Source: Podarcis melisellensis
Lineage: Eukaryota
Length of the DNA: 64,000 nt
NCBI GenBank assembly: GCA_964234715.1
Contig: OZ174276.1
Direction: 5' to 3' (one strand)
Positions 1 to 13,100 of this stretch are shown here, piece by piece; positions within the stretch are counted from its first letter, which is position 1, and the number at the start of each line of letters is the position of its first letter. The notes under the pieces are model-generated. The model was given only the letters and a program-made list of their open reading frames with translations, was not told the DNA's origin and did not search any database. The translations under genes were made by a program, and so were the position numbers.

Positions 1-1435
1 CTACTCATGTGGGGCACCAGGAAGTGAAGCTCCAGAGGAAAGCAGAAGGCAAAGTAGGTACTAAATGGAGAAGGCCAGCAAACAAGGTTATGCGGAGAAG
101 TGAGAGAAAGAGGAATGATACAATAATATTGATCACAGAGTCCAGACATTAATGATAAATGACTGATCAAAGTAAAATGCAAAATAAGGAAAGCATAAGC
201 AAAATTTTTACCTGCAGTTAAGGAATAAGACTATTTCCAAATGAGACCTGTATTAAAAGAAACATGACAGCGCGCGCACACACCCTCCCTGTATCATGTC
301 TTCCACTCCTTTATCCACAAATGAAGTGCTCTAGCACTTTTAAAAGGTAGAATTCAACAGGGAGTCATTAATAACAAAAAATGAAATATAATTTTAGTCT
401 AAAAAAATCACACAAAAGTACATCTTAATTTTTTTTTTTAAGGAATGTAATTGTTTTGGACATAATTTCTAACTAGGTGCATTCTTTGATTTTAACTTTT
501 TGTGGCATATGAATGTGTGCAATGTACACAAACTAAAATAAATCAGAAAAGTTTTCAGATGACAGTGCTTGAAATGTTGCATGAATTTCTTCTCCTTTAT
601 CATGATCTCCATTTTAAATGACTGGAAAAGCAACAGGACTCAAGCCAAGTTAATATGCGTATTTTTGAAGTTGTATGTATAGCTGTACATGTGTATTTCG
701 CGCAACCAGCAGTATTTGTACACTGAGATTTAACCTATGTTAAATGCACAGTTATGTGGTTATGAATATTAAATAAGTCTTTCCGGTCAATGAAAAAGAG
801 TTGTCAATCCATTCTTAGACATGTTCTGGGCCTGCAAGCAATAATCAAAACCAACAACAACAGGATGGGTGCATTACCACTGCTCATTCTCAAGATGGTC
901 AAAGTCACTATAAGATATATATCCCACTTTAAGATTGTAGAAAGTATTCAATGGTAAGTCTCAATTTTCATGAGGGATATTTTACTGACAAATGGAATTC
1001 TTCACACATAGCAATATGATAACACTGCAAACCCAACTTCTGAGGGAATATAACAAAGCAAAACCTGCTAGTACTAATTCCATGCCTGAAGTTTTTAAAT
1101 AAATGTGTGGGACATATGGGGAATGTTAGGGGCAAACCCAGCTCTTTTGTCAAAATTAGCAGTCTCCCAAACTACAGAGTGGTAGTATATGTCACATTGG
1201 CCCAAACATTTCTCTTAATTACTGGTCAAATAATATGCAAGTGCTTCTGCTCAGGTGTTCCCACATATCTCCAGGTTCCACCAATTCATTTATAGTGTAT
1301 GAAAGACATTTAGTTAGTAAAACCACATAACCATCAAGTTTGCAAATAGAGGACTAAAAGAAACTTTCATCCTTATTTGTCAGATTGCATACTGCATTTC
1401 CCCCATAAAATAGTTTTACCTGGTCTGTTAGGCAG

Positions 1436-1595
1436 CAGACCCATGCGGGGGGGGGGGGCAACCAGATACACGTGCCCTAGGCCTCAGAGGAGTAAGCTGG
1501 CCAGGGGCCCCAGCTAGGGACCGATTGCTTTTTTATTTGAGTTTATTCTAACAAGACTTCCACCCCAGGCCTCAGACAAGCTCTGCACAGGCCTG
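1436..1595. mobile_element. hAT-type MITE
   Basis: Imperfect TIR cagacccatgc / gcacaggcctg; 8-bp near-TSD ttaggcag / ctaggcag. Confidence 0.6.
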
Positions 1596-2378
1596 CTAGG
1601 CAGAAAGAAAGAAAAGCCATGTGTTGCTACTGATCATGAGGCAGACCAAGCAATGCTTAGCACCAGGAAATATGAAAGTTCTACCCTTGATGAGTTGCAG
1701 CTGAATTGAACAAATTAAGGACTACACCGTTTGTCTGGGGCTTAGACTGTGCAACAGAATCAGAAGCAAAATTCTTATTTATATATCCAGTAAGGGTTCT
1801 TTAGCTTTTAGGACCTGATAGTATGTCTTCTTCTTTGCCTAAATCATACCTCAAACAGCTAGCTCAACACAGATCACTGTTCCAGAGTTCATTTAATGCA
1901 AGGTTGTGTTCACAGGTAGATTGTTGAATTGGCATACGTGATTTTCATAAACAATTGGCATATGTGATTTTCTGATGGCACTCAAACTATAAACTTCTTG
2001 AAGACTGCATCAAGCCCAAAAATAATTATAAAAAGATGGCAGATATAATTGGAGCAATCTACTGAATTTCTAGATCCAGCCATTATGATTTGCAAACATA
2101 ATTCACTGACGGGGAAAATTGTTAAAATACTTAACCATCTTAACTGTTAGACATTTAAATAATTGACTTGTATAATCTATTTTCTTACTTGGTAATTAAT
2201 TTTGAAAAAGATTTTGCCCAAGCTATTTCCAAGTTCATTGTCTTGATGTTCAATATGAGTCTTTTTCACTGTCACTTAAAACTAATAGAAAACTTTTGTG
2301 CATGTTACAGTAATAGAGCATAAATCTGAAAGCAACATGAAACCTACAATGCTCAGATTAAAACCAAACTTCACTTAC

Positions 2379-2583
2379 TAGTTACAGCAATATTGATCTC
2401 TCCTGTTCTTGGAGTCAGCTCCCCATCCTGTGGAAACTGTGATATTCCAGAAGTACGCAGGGGCTCAAGAGTGAGTGAGGTGTCACTGGTAAGGTCACCA
2501 AGAACTGATCTCCTGTTGCCCAGTTGGCCTCTGGTGAGCCTTTCCATGTCAAAGGCCATATTGTCAGCACATGGCACATTTGT
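2379..2583 (-). CDS. RNF130: RNF130 exon 7 (cytoplasmic tail)
   Basis: [18 protein letters not shown]...[30 protein letters not shown]; ttttcag| and A|GTAAGT. Confidence 0.96.
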
Positions 2584-5500
2584 CTGAAAACACAGTGTTG
2601 GCAAGTCAATATATTTCCTTTTTGTAAGCTTCTGGCAAAATCATAAGAGATATTGTAAAATGTCTGCAGAAGGCTATCTGAGGGATGCACAAGCATCCAA
2701 TAGTGACCAATGATGAAATGTGATTTACAGGAAGAAGCAGTTACTGCTGAGCAGCAACCAGTTGGAACAGGGACTGTCAAGCAGTCAGCCACACATCCAA
2801 TCAAAGGATTCAGTAATCCCATCATAAGATATTCTGATAGTGTCCAGATGATAAATTGTACAAAGAGCCAATTCCAAAAGTAATAGTGAGAGGCAAATAT
2901 ACTTGAGAGGGGATAGTAGGTAGGTCCAAACACAATATACTAATGGGAAGGCAGACACCCAGGGCTTGCACAATGCTGACACCAATCACTCTGTGCCTCT
3001 GCCACAGTCCTTTTACACCCACTACCAAGGATGCTTCCAATATTTAGAATTGGAACACTGCAATTTCATGCAAGAAAGGAAGAATGGCTAACACCCTGGA
3101 ATTTTGGTCCCCTCGTACCTGACTTTACTGATTTATGATCATTTTGGAAAGGAAAGCTCTACATTCCTTACTGTTTAAATAAGACTTGACTCACCACAAT
3201 TCCCAGAGCCTTCAAAATGTTCAGTTTACACATAGGACAAGTGCAGTGTTCACTGAGCCATGGATCCACACAGGTTTTGTGGAAAACATGTCTGAAAACA
3301 GAGTAGCACAACAAATGCTAGTTGCAAAACTATTAATAACACCAGACATACTGGAGAGGTCATAATAAGAAAAAATATTACGAATTTTGAACAATTTATT
3401 TTGGGAATTTGAATAAATTGGCAATCATCCTTGAGTTGGGTTTAATGTACAACTAACTCCTTAATAGGAAAACTACATTTAGATCTAAGAATGTATGGAT
3501 TGCATATTTCACTTATAACTTCTGCTTGTGTTACATTTTTGTACAGAACATACCAATTTCAGGGGTTTTAAGTAACAGCCACACACATACCAAAACGTTA
3601 TTTAGTTCCTCTTCCATTTTAGTGTGTGTGCATATAACAAGGAACATGGGAACTGAACTGGGTTATTTATGCAGTTCAATGCCTGTGTCCTTTGCTATAT
3701 ATTAAGATGACCACTCAAAAGATTCAGATAAAGACAGGAGGACACAGGACAGAAAGAAGAATAAAAAACTTCAGGTGCATTTGTTAAAAAAAATTATAGA
3801 ACAACAGCATGATGTCAAATCCTTGTAAGTTTTGGTATACTGAGAAAGTATATGGATCAGAAAAATAATACTTAAATAATCATGAAGGGAAGAAGTCAGG
3901 TAGTTTTATAAACTAAATACAGTAATACCAAATGGACTTAATAAGGGAAGTGAACGGATGTCAGATTTGTAATAATCTGAGATCCAAGCTCATTGTAATT
4001 ATGTAACATGTCTTGCCACTGTTAATTTCATCATGTATTAATATTCAAATATTCTAAATACATTTTAGTCTAAGTCTTTACAGATTCCAGCATTTCTTAT
4101 GTGCTCTGTAGTGAAAAAGAAAGCCCCTTTCCTTCTCACGTAGATACTACATACATTCCCATTGCTTCTGTCTCCTGCTTCCCAAAATAAAATGCCTTTC
4201 TGGGCAATAAAAGAAGTGGTGGCCACCACCCTACCTCTCCCTTTCCAGGCCACTGCACAAACTAGTTCAAACATCCTCCATGGCACTTTCAAGATTTCCT
4301 TCCAAGAGGAGGGGTTGCCTTCACAACCAATTAGAGTAGAAGGGGTGGGCCTTTCCAGCTACAGCAAGTACTCTGCAATATGAAGGCCACACACAGGTCC
4401 CATCTTCATTCAGAGATCAGTTTGAGCGCCTTAGGAGTCACCAAGAAAATACTTCATGGGTACCATGATTGTCTTATTTGACTACCACCACCACATCTAT
4501 TCTCCTAATTCACAAACCACTTTCTTTTCAGACTATACTAAGTATCTTTCACCACCCAGGCCTTTTTGCATAGTTCTCCCACACTACTCTAGGAAATTGT
4601 GTGCACACAAAAGTGCATAAAATTAATACACAAGTTCTAATGTGTTGAGTGAACCCAAGGGAGACAAAAAGGATAATGAAGCTAAGACATATATTTTCAA
4701 GGGTGAAGCACTCTCAAAAAGGAAAGAGGAATTACTGGCTTACTTGCATGGAAGAATGCGGACAACATCATTCTGCTTGTAACTTTCAATGCAAACAGCA
4801 CAATGATCGAAGTCTGGATCCGTTTCCTAAAATGAACAAAGTGAATATTCAACCAATCTCTAGAGCAGACAGTCACAAAAATCCTGTAGTAAGACACATG
4901 ACCTGGTTTTGTGCTGGGACATGTTGGAGGTATGGTGGTACCATTCACATAACAAAAACTAACACAGATATACCAACATTTTCAAAAGTCGGGGGTCCAT
5001 GGTTTGGGGTTTGAGAAACAGGGGTTCTGCAGTACTTAGCTAATTGGGAACCACTATTCTAGAAGACTAGGGGGGACCCACCCACCCTTTCTCATTTTTC
5101 CTCATGGTATTATACTCTTCCCTTTTCTACATATATACCAATGAAAACGAAAAACTGCAATACGGGTAAGGTGTTGGTATTCAGCTCCCTAAGCGTCAAC
5201 ACTTTTACCTGTATAGGGTTTAATGTTTTACTATGTTTTTATATATGCTGGAAGCCGCCCAGAGTGGCTGGGATCAACCCAGTCAGATGGGCCGGGTACA
5301 AACAAAAAAACATTATCTACATCAGGGATGTCCAACCGGTTGACCGCGATCAACAGGTAAATCCCTGGATGTTCGCGGTTGATCGCTGGATCCCTATTGT
5401 TGGAAGTGAAAGAACTCTCCGCCCCCTCAACAACATTGGTCTCCCCCCCCCCCAAAAAAGCTCAACAACTTCTTTTGTGGAGGACTCCACAAACCAAAAG

Positions 5501-8500
5501 GATTGGGATAAATCGAGGGGGGAAACAGACTTGCACAGATAAGTGTTAACACTTTTCTCAAGAAAAAATGTGACTAACATTTCATTTGGGTGACTATACC
5601 TTATCGCCTTTCTTCACTGTTCTTGTTGTCAATTTACCAACAGCTTTTTTTGCTGCATCTCCAAGTCGACGCTGAATAAAACACAGAGAGAGTTATTAGG
5701 TGTTGGAAAAACTGTGCTTCTTCCTCTTAAATCTCCTTTGGTTATATACTAAAATGGTGATTACAGCTTGTTCACTATACTCTGAAGAGTACCAGGTGCA
5801 CAGTTCATGGCACTTTCAAAACTAAAGTCTCTTTGGGCCATAAACATCAAGCTCATATTTTATGGGAATCCCTTTTAGTTGCAAGCAAGAACGTCTACGC
5901 TTAAAGTGCAGATTCACCTTCAACAATATTATCCAAGGCAATTGAGAATGGCCAGCTGCCAAGTGATTCAATAGATTTCTGAGACAGGTCACTTTGAATA
6001 GAACAAGCTCACATTTCCTTGCTTCAGTAACCAGGACTCCCAACAGGAGGAGGATTAGGTTTATACAGTGAGGATCAAGCAATGTGTTAGCATTTTTGCT
6101 CTTTAAGCTACTGTAATTATGTTGTTATTTAGAAGAGTATGCTGTTACGGAGATGTTTCCTGATATCATCTTGTAGCTATTCTGGAAACACCTGAAACCA
6201 GAAATCTCCGATTTTTTTTAATTTCTCAAGTTTGTCAATAATATGTAAAGAGAGATTCAATTTTGTGTTAATCTTTGCTAGATGTATTTCTTTGCTTTAT
6301 AGGGGGATAGATCCTGAGTGCCCTTTCAGCAAACAAAAAGGCACCTTCCATCTGTGGAAAGGCTCCCGATACGATAAAGCTACCTATTAGAATGGGGAGG
6401 GGGGCCTTGCACTAATTTCCCCTTTCCCCTTCAGCCCTTTGCAGCATCTCCCATTCTGTTCCAAAGGGTGCCCAAACCCTCCAGATCAGCCTTTCAGGGG
6501 GCACAATGGAAGGAGGAATCAGCAATCAAAAGAATCATATTTCAAAGTAACATATGGAAAGGGCCAAATCAGAGGCCATTCCAATGTTTACATTCAACTG
6601 GATGCTTAGGATGATGAAATGGAGAACATATTAATCCATTGTGCTAAATACTTTGGCCTGCTTCTGCTTGTTTGTGCCTCTGGATGTCTCCTACATTATT
6701 CAAGTATATATCATTTATTTTTCTCATTGTCCATCAAATATGAGAAAAATAGGAAGCTCATCAGCACTGTAAAGTCACATAGGCTATAAAGAGAAAAGCA
6801 AAAAGGTCCCCAAATCAAGTGTTTTCAGCATACTTCCGCTCCTAAACATTGCCATATAATGTACAAGTTTCAACACATTAAAATCCAGCCAGCCCCTTGA
6901 TAAGCCAATTGCAGGTCTCCTGCAACAAAAAGCTAAGTAAGACTACCCTTTGTATGCTTCAATCAATACAGCAAACAAGCCAAACAGTCTCTTACTAATC
7001 CAATATTATATGGATGGTACTGTGGAGAGAACCATTTACACTCCAACTCATTTTAATGCAAAGTTGCTTACAAAATTAGGAGTACACTAAAAACAGAACA
7101 GCTGAAAGCCCAATTTAAAATAGTAAAACCAAAAGATCAACAGCAGCAGAACCTGCCCCAGTAGTAAACATCACAGGTATCATTTGAAAAGGTTTTAAAT
7201 ATTTCAGTCAGTCTCATAATGGGGTAATGGTCACCCCAAAATGGCAAAGAGAAGTGGGTATTGTTTATTAATTTCCATTACGTTTTCCCTAACTTAAGAC
7301 ACGGTAAAATTTCAAAGCTGGCTGTTTTAACTACATATTTGGTTCCATAATGACCAAAAAGTTCAATAGTTCTGCTCACTCAAGGCAGCGATGTAGAGTA
7401 TATACTTTGCCAACTACTGGCTGTGAGTACAGACCAAGCCCAGTCTATTGCTAAATGCTTTCTTTGATTCCAGAATACATGTGAGTTGTAAAATGCATTA
7501 TTGGCATATCAAAGCAAGCTTCATGATATTTAACCTTTTTTCAGAAGCAGTAGTTTACTTCCAAACTATTGTGTGAAGTCAGCAACAGACTTAAAATGCA
7601 CAGTTATCCTATCACTTAGCAGCTGTTCCCCCCTATATAAAATAGCTAAGCTTTTCCAATTGTGCTCTAGCTGTTGCTACCTCTTCATAAAATTTTAATA
7701 AGACAAGCCTTTTAAACCACATAAAAGTTTTATCAAGTTTCTCCTGACCTTTGTAAAATTCTGAAGGAAAAAGGTCTAAAGACTTTTACTTAAAGAGCAA
7801 CTGTTCGGGTGTGGATTTTTGAAATCCTGAAATTGCTAATGTATAGGATTGCTACTTTGTCCAATCAGTTGCCTATCTGTTATTCTTTTCAACTGCCAAA
7901 TACAAGATAGGTAAAAAAGAGAATTGTAACATTGTCAAAAGTCTGGAATACAAAAGTAACGAAGCCGCATAAACACACAGGTTATGAAGCAGAACAGAAA
8001 GTATCTCACAACCTCCTCTTTCCTGGGTGTTTCAAGTACAACAGGGCAGTGACTATGCTTATCTGATAAAAGGACGTTTTGGCTACCGAACGCTGCAAAC
8101 CCAGAAGTGAGTGTTCCGGTTTGCAAATGTTCTTTGGAACCCGAACATCTGATGTGGCTTCCGATTGAAGCCATGTCTTGGTTTCCAAACGTTTTGGAAG
8201 TCGAACAGACTTCCAGAACAGATTCCGTTTGACTTCCGAGGTACGACTGTACAGAGCATGGGTTGGCAAACTAAGGCAATTGCTTTCTGGATCCAGACGG
8301 TCTGGGAATTGCCGCGTGGATCGGCGTGGGGATTCTGATCATTCGGGCTGCGCCATTCCCCCTCCACACACACCGCAGCGGCGCCTCCTCCCTCCCTCCT
8401 CCTGGCTTCTCCCCGCTCTGCCTAGAGGAGGAAGGGGGCTGGGCTTTGTTGAGCCACGAGCACCATTTTAGCAGCCCCTCTCTGGAGCCAGCCATATCAT

Positions 8501-10151
8501 GCCGTTCATTGTCCCTCCACTGCTGCCGCCAGCCCCTGCCACTCACAAGGCACAGGTAAGCAGCCACCAGGGCTCGTCCGGTGCTGTGGAGAAGAGAGGG
8601 AGAGTTGGGGGGCCTTCCCCCCAAAATATAGTCCGGCTCCCCACTCCCCAGACTGGCCCCTGGTAAAGAGGATGGAATTCAAACTGAATGGAGAACCATT
8701 CCACTTGCACTGTGGGACTTCCCCTTCCTTTCCTCCCCCTACAACTCCCTAGAGAGTTGGGGGACTTGCTGGAGCAGATTTTCTGTTTCTGCAAGTGTTT
8801 GCCCCATGACCTGTCATTTACCAGTACAAAACAAATTAAAGTTGTGAGGAAAGAAAATAAAGAAATAAACCAGTGAGCAGGAAAAGATTTGGGGATGTTG
8901 GGAAACAGAGAAATGACAGATTCTTCTCTGAACCCCATCTTAGCTTCATCTCTATTTCACAAAAGCAGTTTTTCTTTCTCTCCTGTAACTTTTCTCTAGA
9001 ATGCAGAAGAGAACTTTGCTTTTTGATTCCATTCTTACAGTTTATGGTAATTTTACACTGGGATCTTTTTCTTTATTCATACCAGTTTTCCAAATACTTT
9101 TTATACAGCTTCAATTAATCTTAATTACTTGTTTTGGGAAGCTTTTACTTCTCTGTTACTAGAATTGTTCCTTGTAATTACTACACAGAACTGGGTTTTT
9201 CCTGAGCTCCAGCATTTGGACATCTTTGAATATATGTATTTTTTGCTTGTTCCAAGCTGAGATATACTTCACCTCCCCACCCCCCCAAGCTTCTCTCCAT
9301 CATGTGGATTCTGCCAGCAGGACCCTGCAGTCATCTCTCTGTTCTTCCCTGAACCCACAGAAACTGCTGGGTTGTATTCAGTGAAATTTTACCCAGAGCA
9401 GACATACTGAAATGTACCTGGCTTAGTCATGTTCATTAATTTCAACAGTTCTACTCTGGATAAAACTTAGTTGACTACTACCCTGTTTGGATTGGTAGCT
9501 ATTTGCTATATCTTCTCTTTTCTTAGTATTTAGAACAAGTGCCTATACGGCTAAAACATAGCACAGCTTTTAGGTCATTTGGACTAGTGAATGTTTTAGA
9601 GGAACAAACAATAGAGTTGCATAACAGTTAAAAATTATTCGTTTTGCATGCCATCATGAAGCTTTGTAAAGTTAATTTGAATTATGTTCCTCTGACTAAA
9701 GTTAAATATTAAACTAAAATTGCATATTCATATTCATTTTGTTTTTCCATGAAATTATTATTTTCACATACTGTTCCTTATTTCCCCAATATGTATAATG
9801 TGCTATTAATTTCTTCTGAATATTATTAAGATTGTAACTTATTCACTGGCCTGCTGATGTATTTAAAACCAATATTTTGAAACAATGTCTAGCTTCTCAG
9901 ATCCTGTTTGGGCACTACCCTTTTGTTCCACTGGGGCAAATGAGACGTTAAAATGAAGGCCTCATTTCAAAATCCAGGCTGAGAAAAATCTTTGCCCTGC
10001 CTTGCAATAGGAAACAGTGAGCTACCGTTCAATCCAAAAAAATCTTCTTTTCCATAGCTCTGTAGACCTTGTTTTCAGAACCCCCAAATAAAGGCACACC
10101 TATATTCCCCCCAATACAGTTTACCTACAATGAATGAGAAACACTGAATAG

Positions 10152-10186
<35 letters not shown>

Positions 10187-13100
10187 ATAAACAAGCAGTC
10201 ACTCAACAATTTATATTAGAACAGAATCTTGTTAATAATATTTGGCAATTTACCATGCTCCCAACTGGAGGAAAATGTCTGCATTTCAACTCCCGAATGG
10301 TTTATAGCATATTACACTGAAATTAATTCCTAAGAAATGACACACTGCATTTCAGAAAAATGTTGAAGATCTAGTCTTCCATTACTTAAGACTCTCAGAC
10401 ATATGAAGATTGTCTGTATTTTTTAAAACCAGCACATTATGGGAGTAGTGTTTCTAGGACTAAGGTGAAACAGTGAAGCTCCCTTGTTGTTTTTGCTACT
10501 GGATGATTCATGTTATTTAAGTAATCTTGTTATATTTTTGAAAAGTGGTTTTTTGTATGTTACTATATTTGCTATTGGTTTCTCATGTTATTATGAAATT
10601 ATTTTTGCAGTACTTGTTTGAAATGTACTCCTGGTATTATTATTATTTTGTAAGCTGCTTTGAGCATCATTTTTTGTGGAAAGCGGCATACAAATAAAAT
10701 GAATGAAAATGAAGGTTACAAACAGCAGCAGTTTAGTTATGTCATGCTTATTTATTTATTTATTTATTTGATTTGTATACCACCCTCAATAGATATCAGG
10801 GCAGTTCATAAAATACAGTAGAAAAACAAGTAACTACTAATTATTAAAAAAACCCAGCAAAACAAGAACACACCCCTTTCCACAGACACATTTAAAAGGC
10901 TATAGAATATTGATAAGCCAAAGGCCTGGTTGAAGAGGAATGTTGCTCAAGAGATTTCTGGAATCCAGAGGAAACTTAAATAGCTTAGCTTACAAACTAA
11001 AACTAGAGATAGTGATTGTGTTCACCAACAGAGAGAACAAAGTAATTCTTGAAGGCTGCTCTCAGTGATATTAGAACCAAGCAACTTAGTTTGGCTAACC
11101 CCAACACTGTAATGTAATTCTCATTAACTGAATCCCACCTGCCTGGGATAACCCTTATGACCATTCCCAGTGATACCTGTGTGTCATAACCTGGGACCCA
11201 GGTGAATGTCATGACCTAAGGCAGATGTCAAGACCCTCAAGTCAGCACAGCACAGCACAGCACAGCACAGCACAGCACAGCATGCACTTATGCTCAAATC
11301 CTCTGTCACTATGCTTACACAACTGACCACAGCCTGCTAAGTGCCGAGTCTGCATAAACAGGTTCTCACAGGCACAACCACAACTTGCTGCCAAGCTACC
11401 GTATATGGAGATAAGAGCATATTTTGAACACACATAAAGATAGCCAATTAGGATAGTTTAAGCGTTTGCCATTATTGCATATTTTTCTAAAACGCTATAA
11501 AAGCTCTGTGAACCCTTCGTTTGAGGGCCCAGTTTCTTTTGGCAGTTATCCAACTGGGTCTCTTTATTCACACTGCAGCATGCAATAAATCTGAACTCTT
11601 TCCAAGTGCTGTATTTGTCTTCTTTTGGTGAGAAGAATCTGTGTTTTTATTTGTAGGTACCTCCTTTTTAGGTAACACCAGAATACTTCATTTAAAAAAA
11701 GAAGGCAAAAAGTAACAGATCAGGAAAGTAGTTCAAAACAAGTTGAACATTCACCTAAGTTTAAGGGTTTTACAGGAAATAGCTCCTTTCTCCCCTACTC
11801 CAGAAAGTATTACTTTTGTCTTAAAAATATATATGAGTCAACATTTAGCGCAGGCCCATTTATATTCCCTTTAATACTGTATAATTGCATATGATAAAGA
11901 CCTTCTGCAAAATACCAAAATATATTTTTATCACAGTATGAAACAGCTCACATGTTGCATGTATTAACTTTATAATTTAATTACAAGGGAAAATTAATAT
12001 CCCACCCTTCCATTGTAGTCATAGCACTCAGGATGGTGTACAGTAGTTAAAAGAAGTTACAAAAACATTTAATAAAAATCTATCAACACAACATAAAAAC
12101 CCTACACATTTGATATGAAGAATCAAAAGACAGTTACCTGGTTCCGATCACGTGCACTTGTATATCTGATCTTCTGGATGAAGTAAAATATTAACCATGC
12201 TGAAGAAATTATCATCAAAACTATGAACGAGATTGATACAAAGACAAGAGAACCACGGCTAAAGTTTTTGTTTGGATAGCGGGTTCCAACTGCTATTGCA
12301 ATAATGACAGACATATTTTTCTCCAAGTAATTCAGAATCTCCTTAACCTTCAATTCTGTGATCATGACAGTGACAATGTCTCCAGTTCCTATCAAAAGAA
12401 TAAGCAGAAGAAAACAATGAATCAACATCTGACATAACATGTATGTTTATTAAGAAGCAAATCATTTGGCTGTACATATATACATTTAAACAAACTGTTA
12501 GGTATCAAAAAGCTGATCCCGAATTATGAAAAACAGTATGACATTAGCAGCCTCAAATTTCAGAAAATTAGGAAAGCAACATGATTTTACAAGCACTTTT
12601 TTACATGCACATCTCTTAACCAACATCTGTTCAAAATGATTTAATTTCAAAACAACACATATATGAACTATTCATACTGAGATCTACCAAGAACAAAGCA
12701 GTGAGACAAAAGAAGCACCTATATTCCTCCTAAATATAGCAGTTTAGTTCTGAGGCTAAAGGAAACTCAAAAACATTGAAAAGAATTGGCCAAGCTATAC
12801 CTTCACCCTTGAGTAAATGAAAAGATAATCATATTCCTTCCTGAGTGACCTAGAAAGTAACGAATGTTCCACTGAGCCAAGTATACAGGATAATATCCAA
12901 CTAAGCAACTAAGTCATATTCAGAGTTAATCTCATGAAATTAATGGTCAACAATTTTCCACTGATATAAATGAGTGAACTCCAATCATAACCAACATTGG
13001 ATATAATACACAATCACTAGCTAGCTGAAGATTTAGTGATTGTTTTTGGTTTTCACTCAATCCAAGAAACAGAACTGAAGGTCCCAGAGTAAAATTCAAT

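Noticed and set aside
2415-2933. 172-aa minus-strand ORF overlapping RNF130 exon 7
   Set aside because: Different frame from the conserved exon, non-ATG start, no recognisable homology.
8178-8938. GC-rich patch with several ORFs resembling a second promoter or gene
   Set aside because: Explained by adjacent DNA-transposon-derived elements inside RNF130 intron 3.
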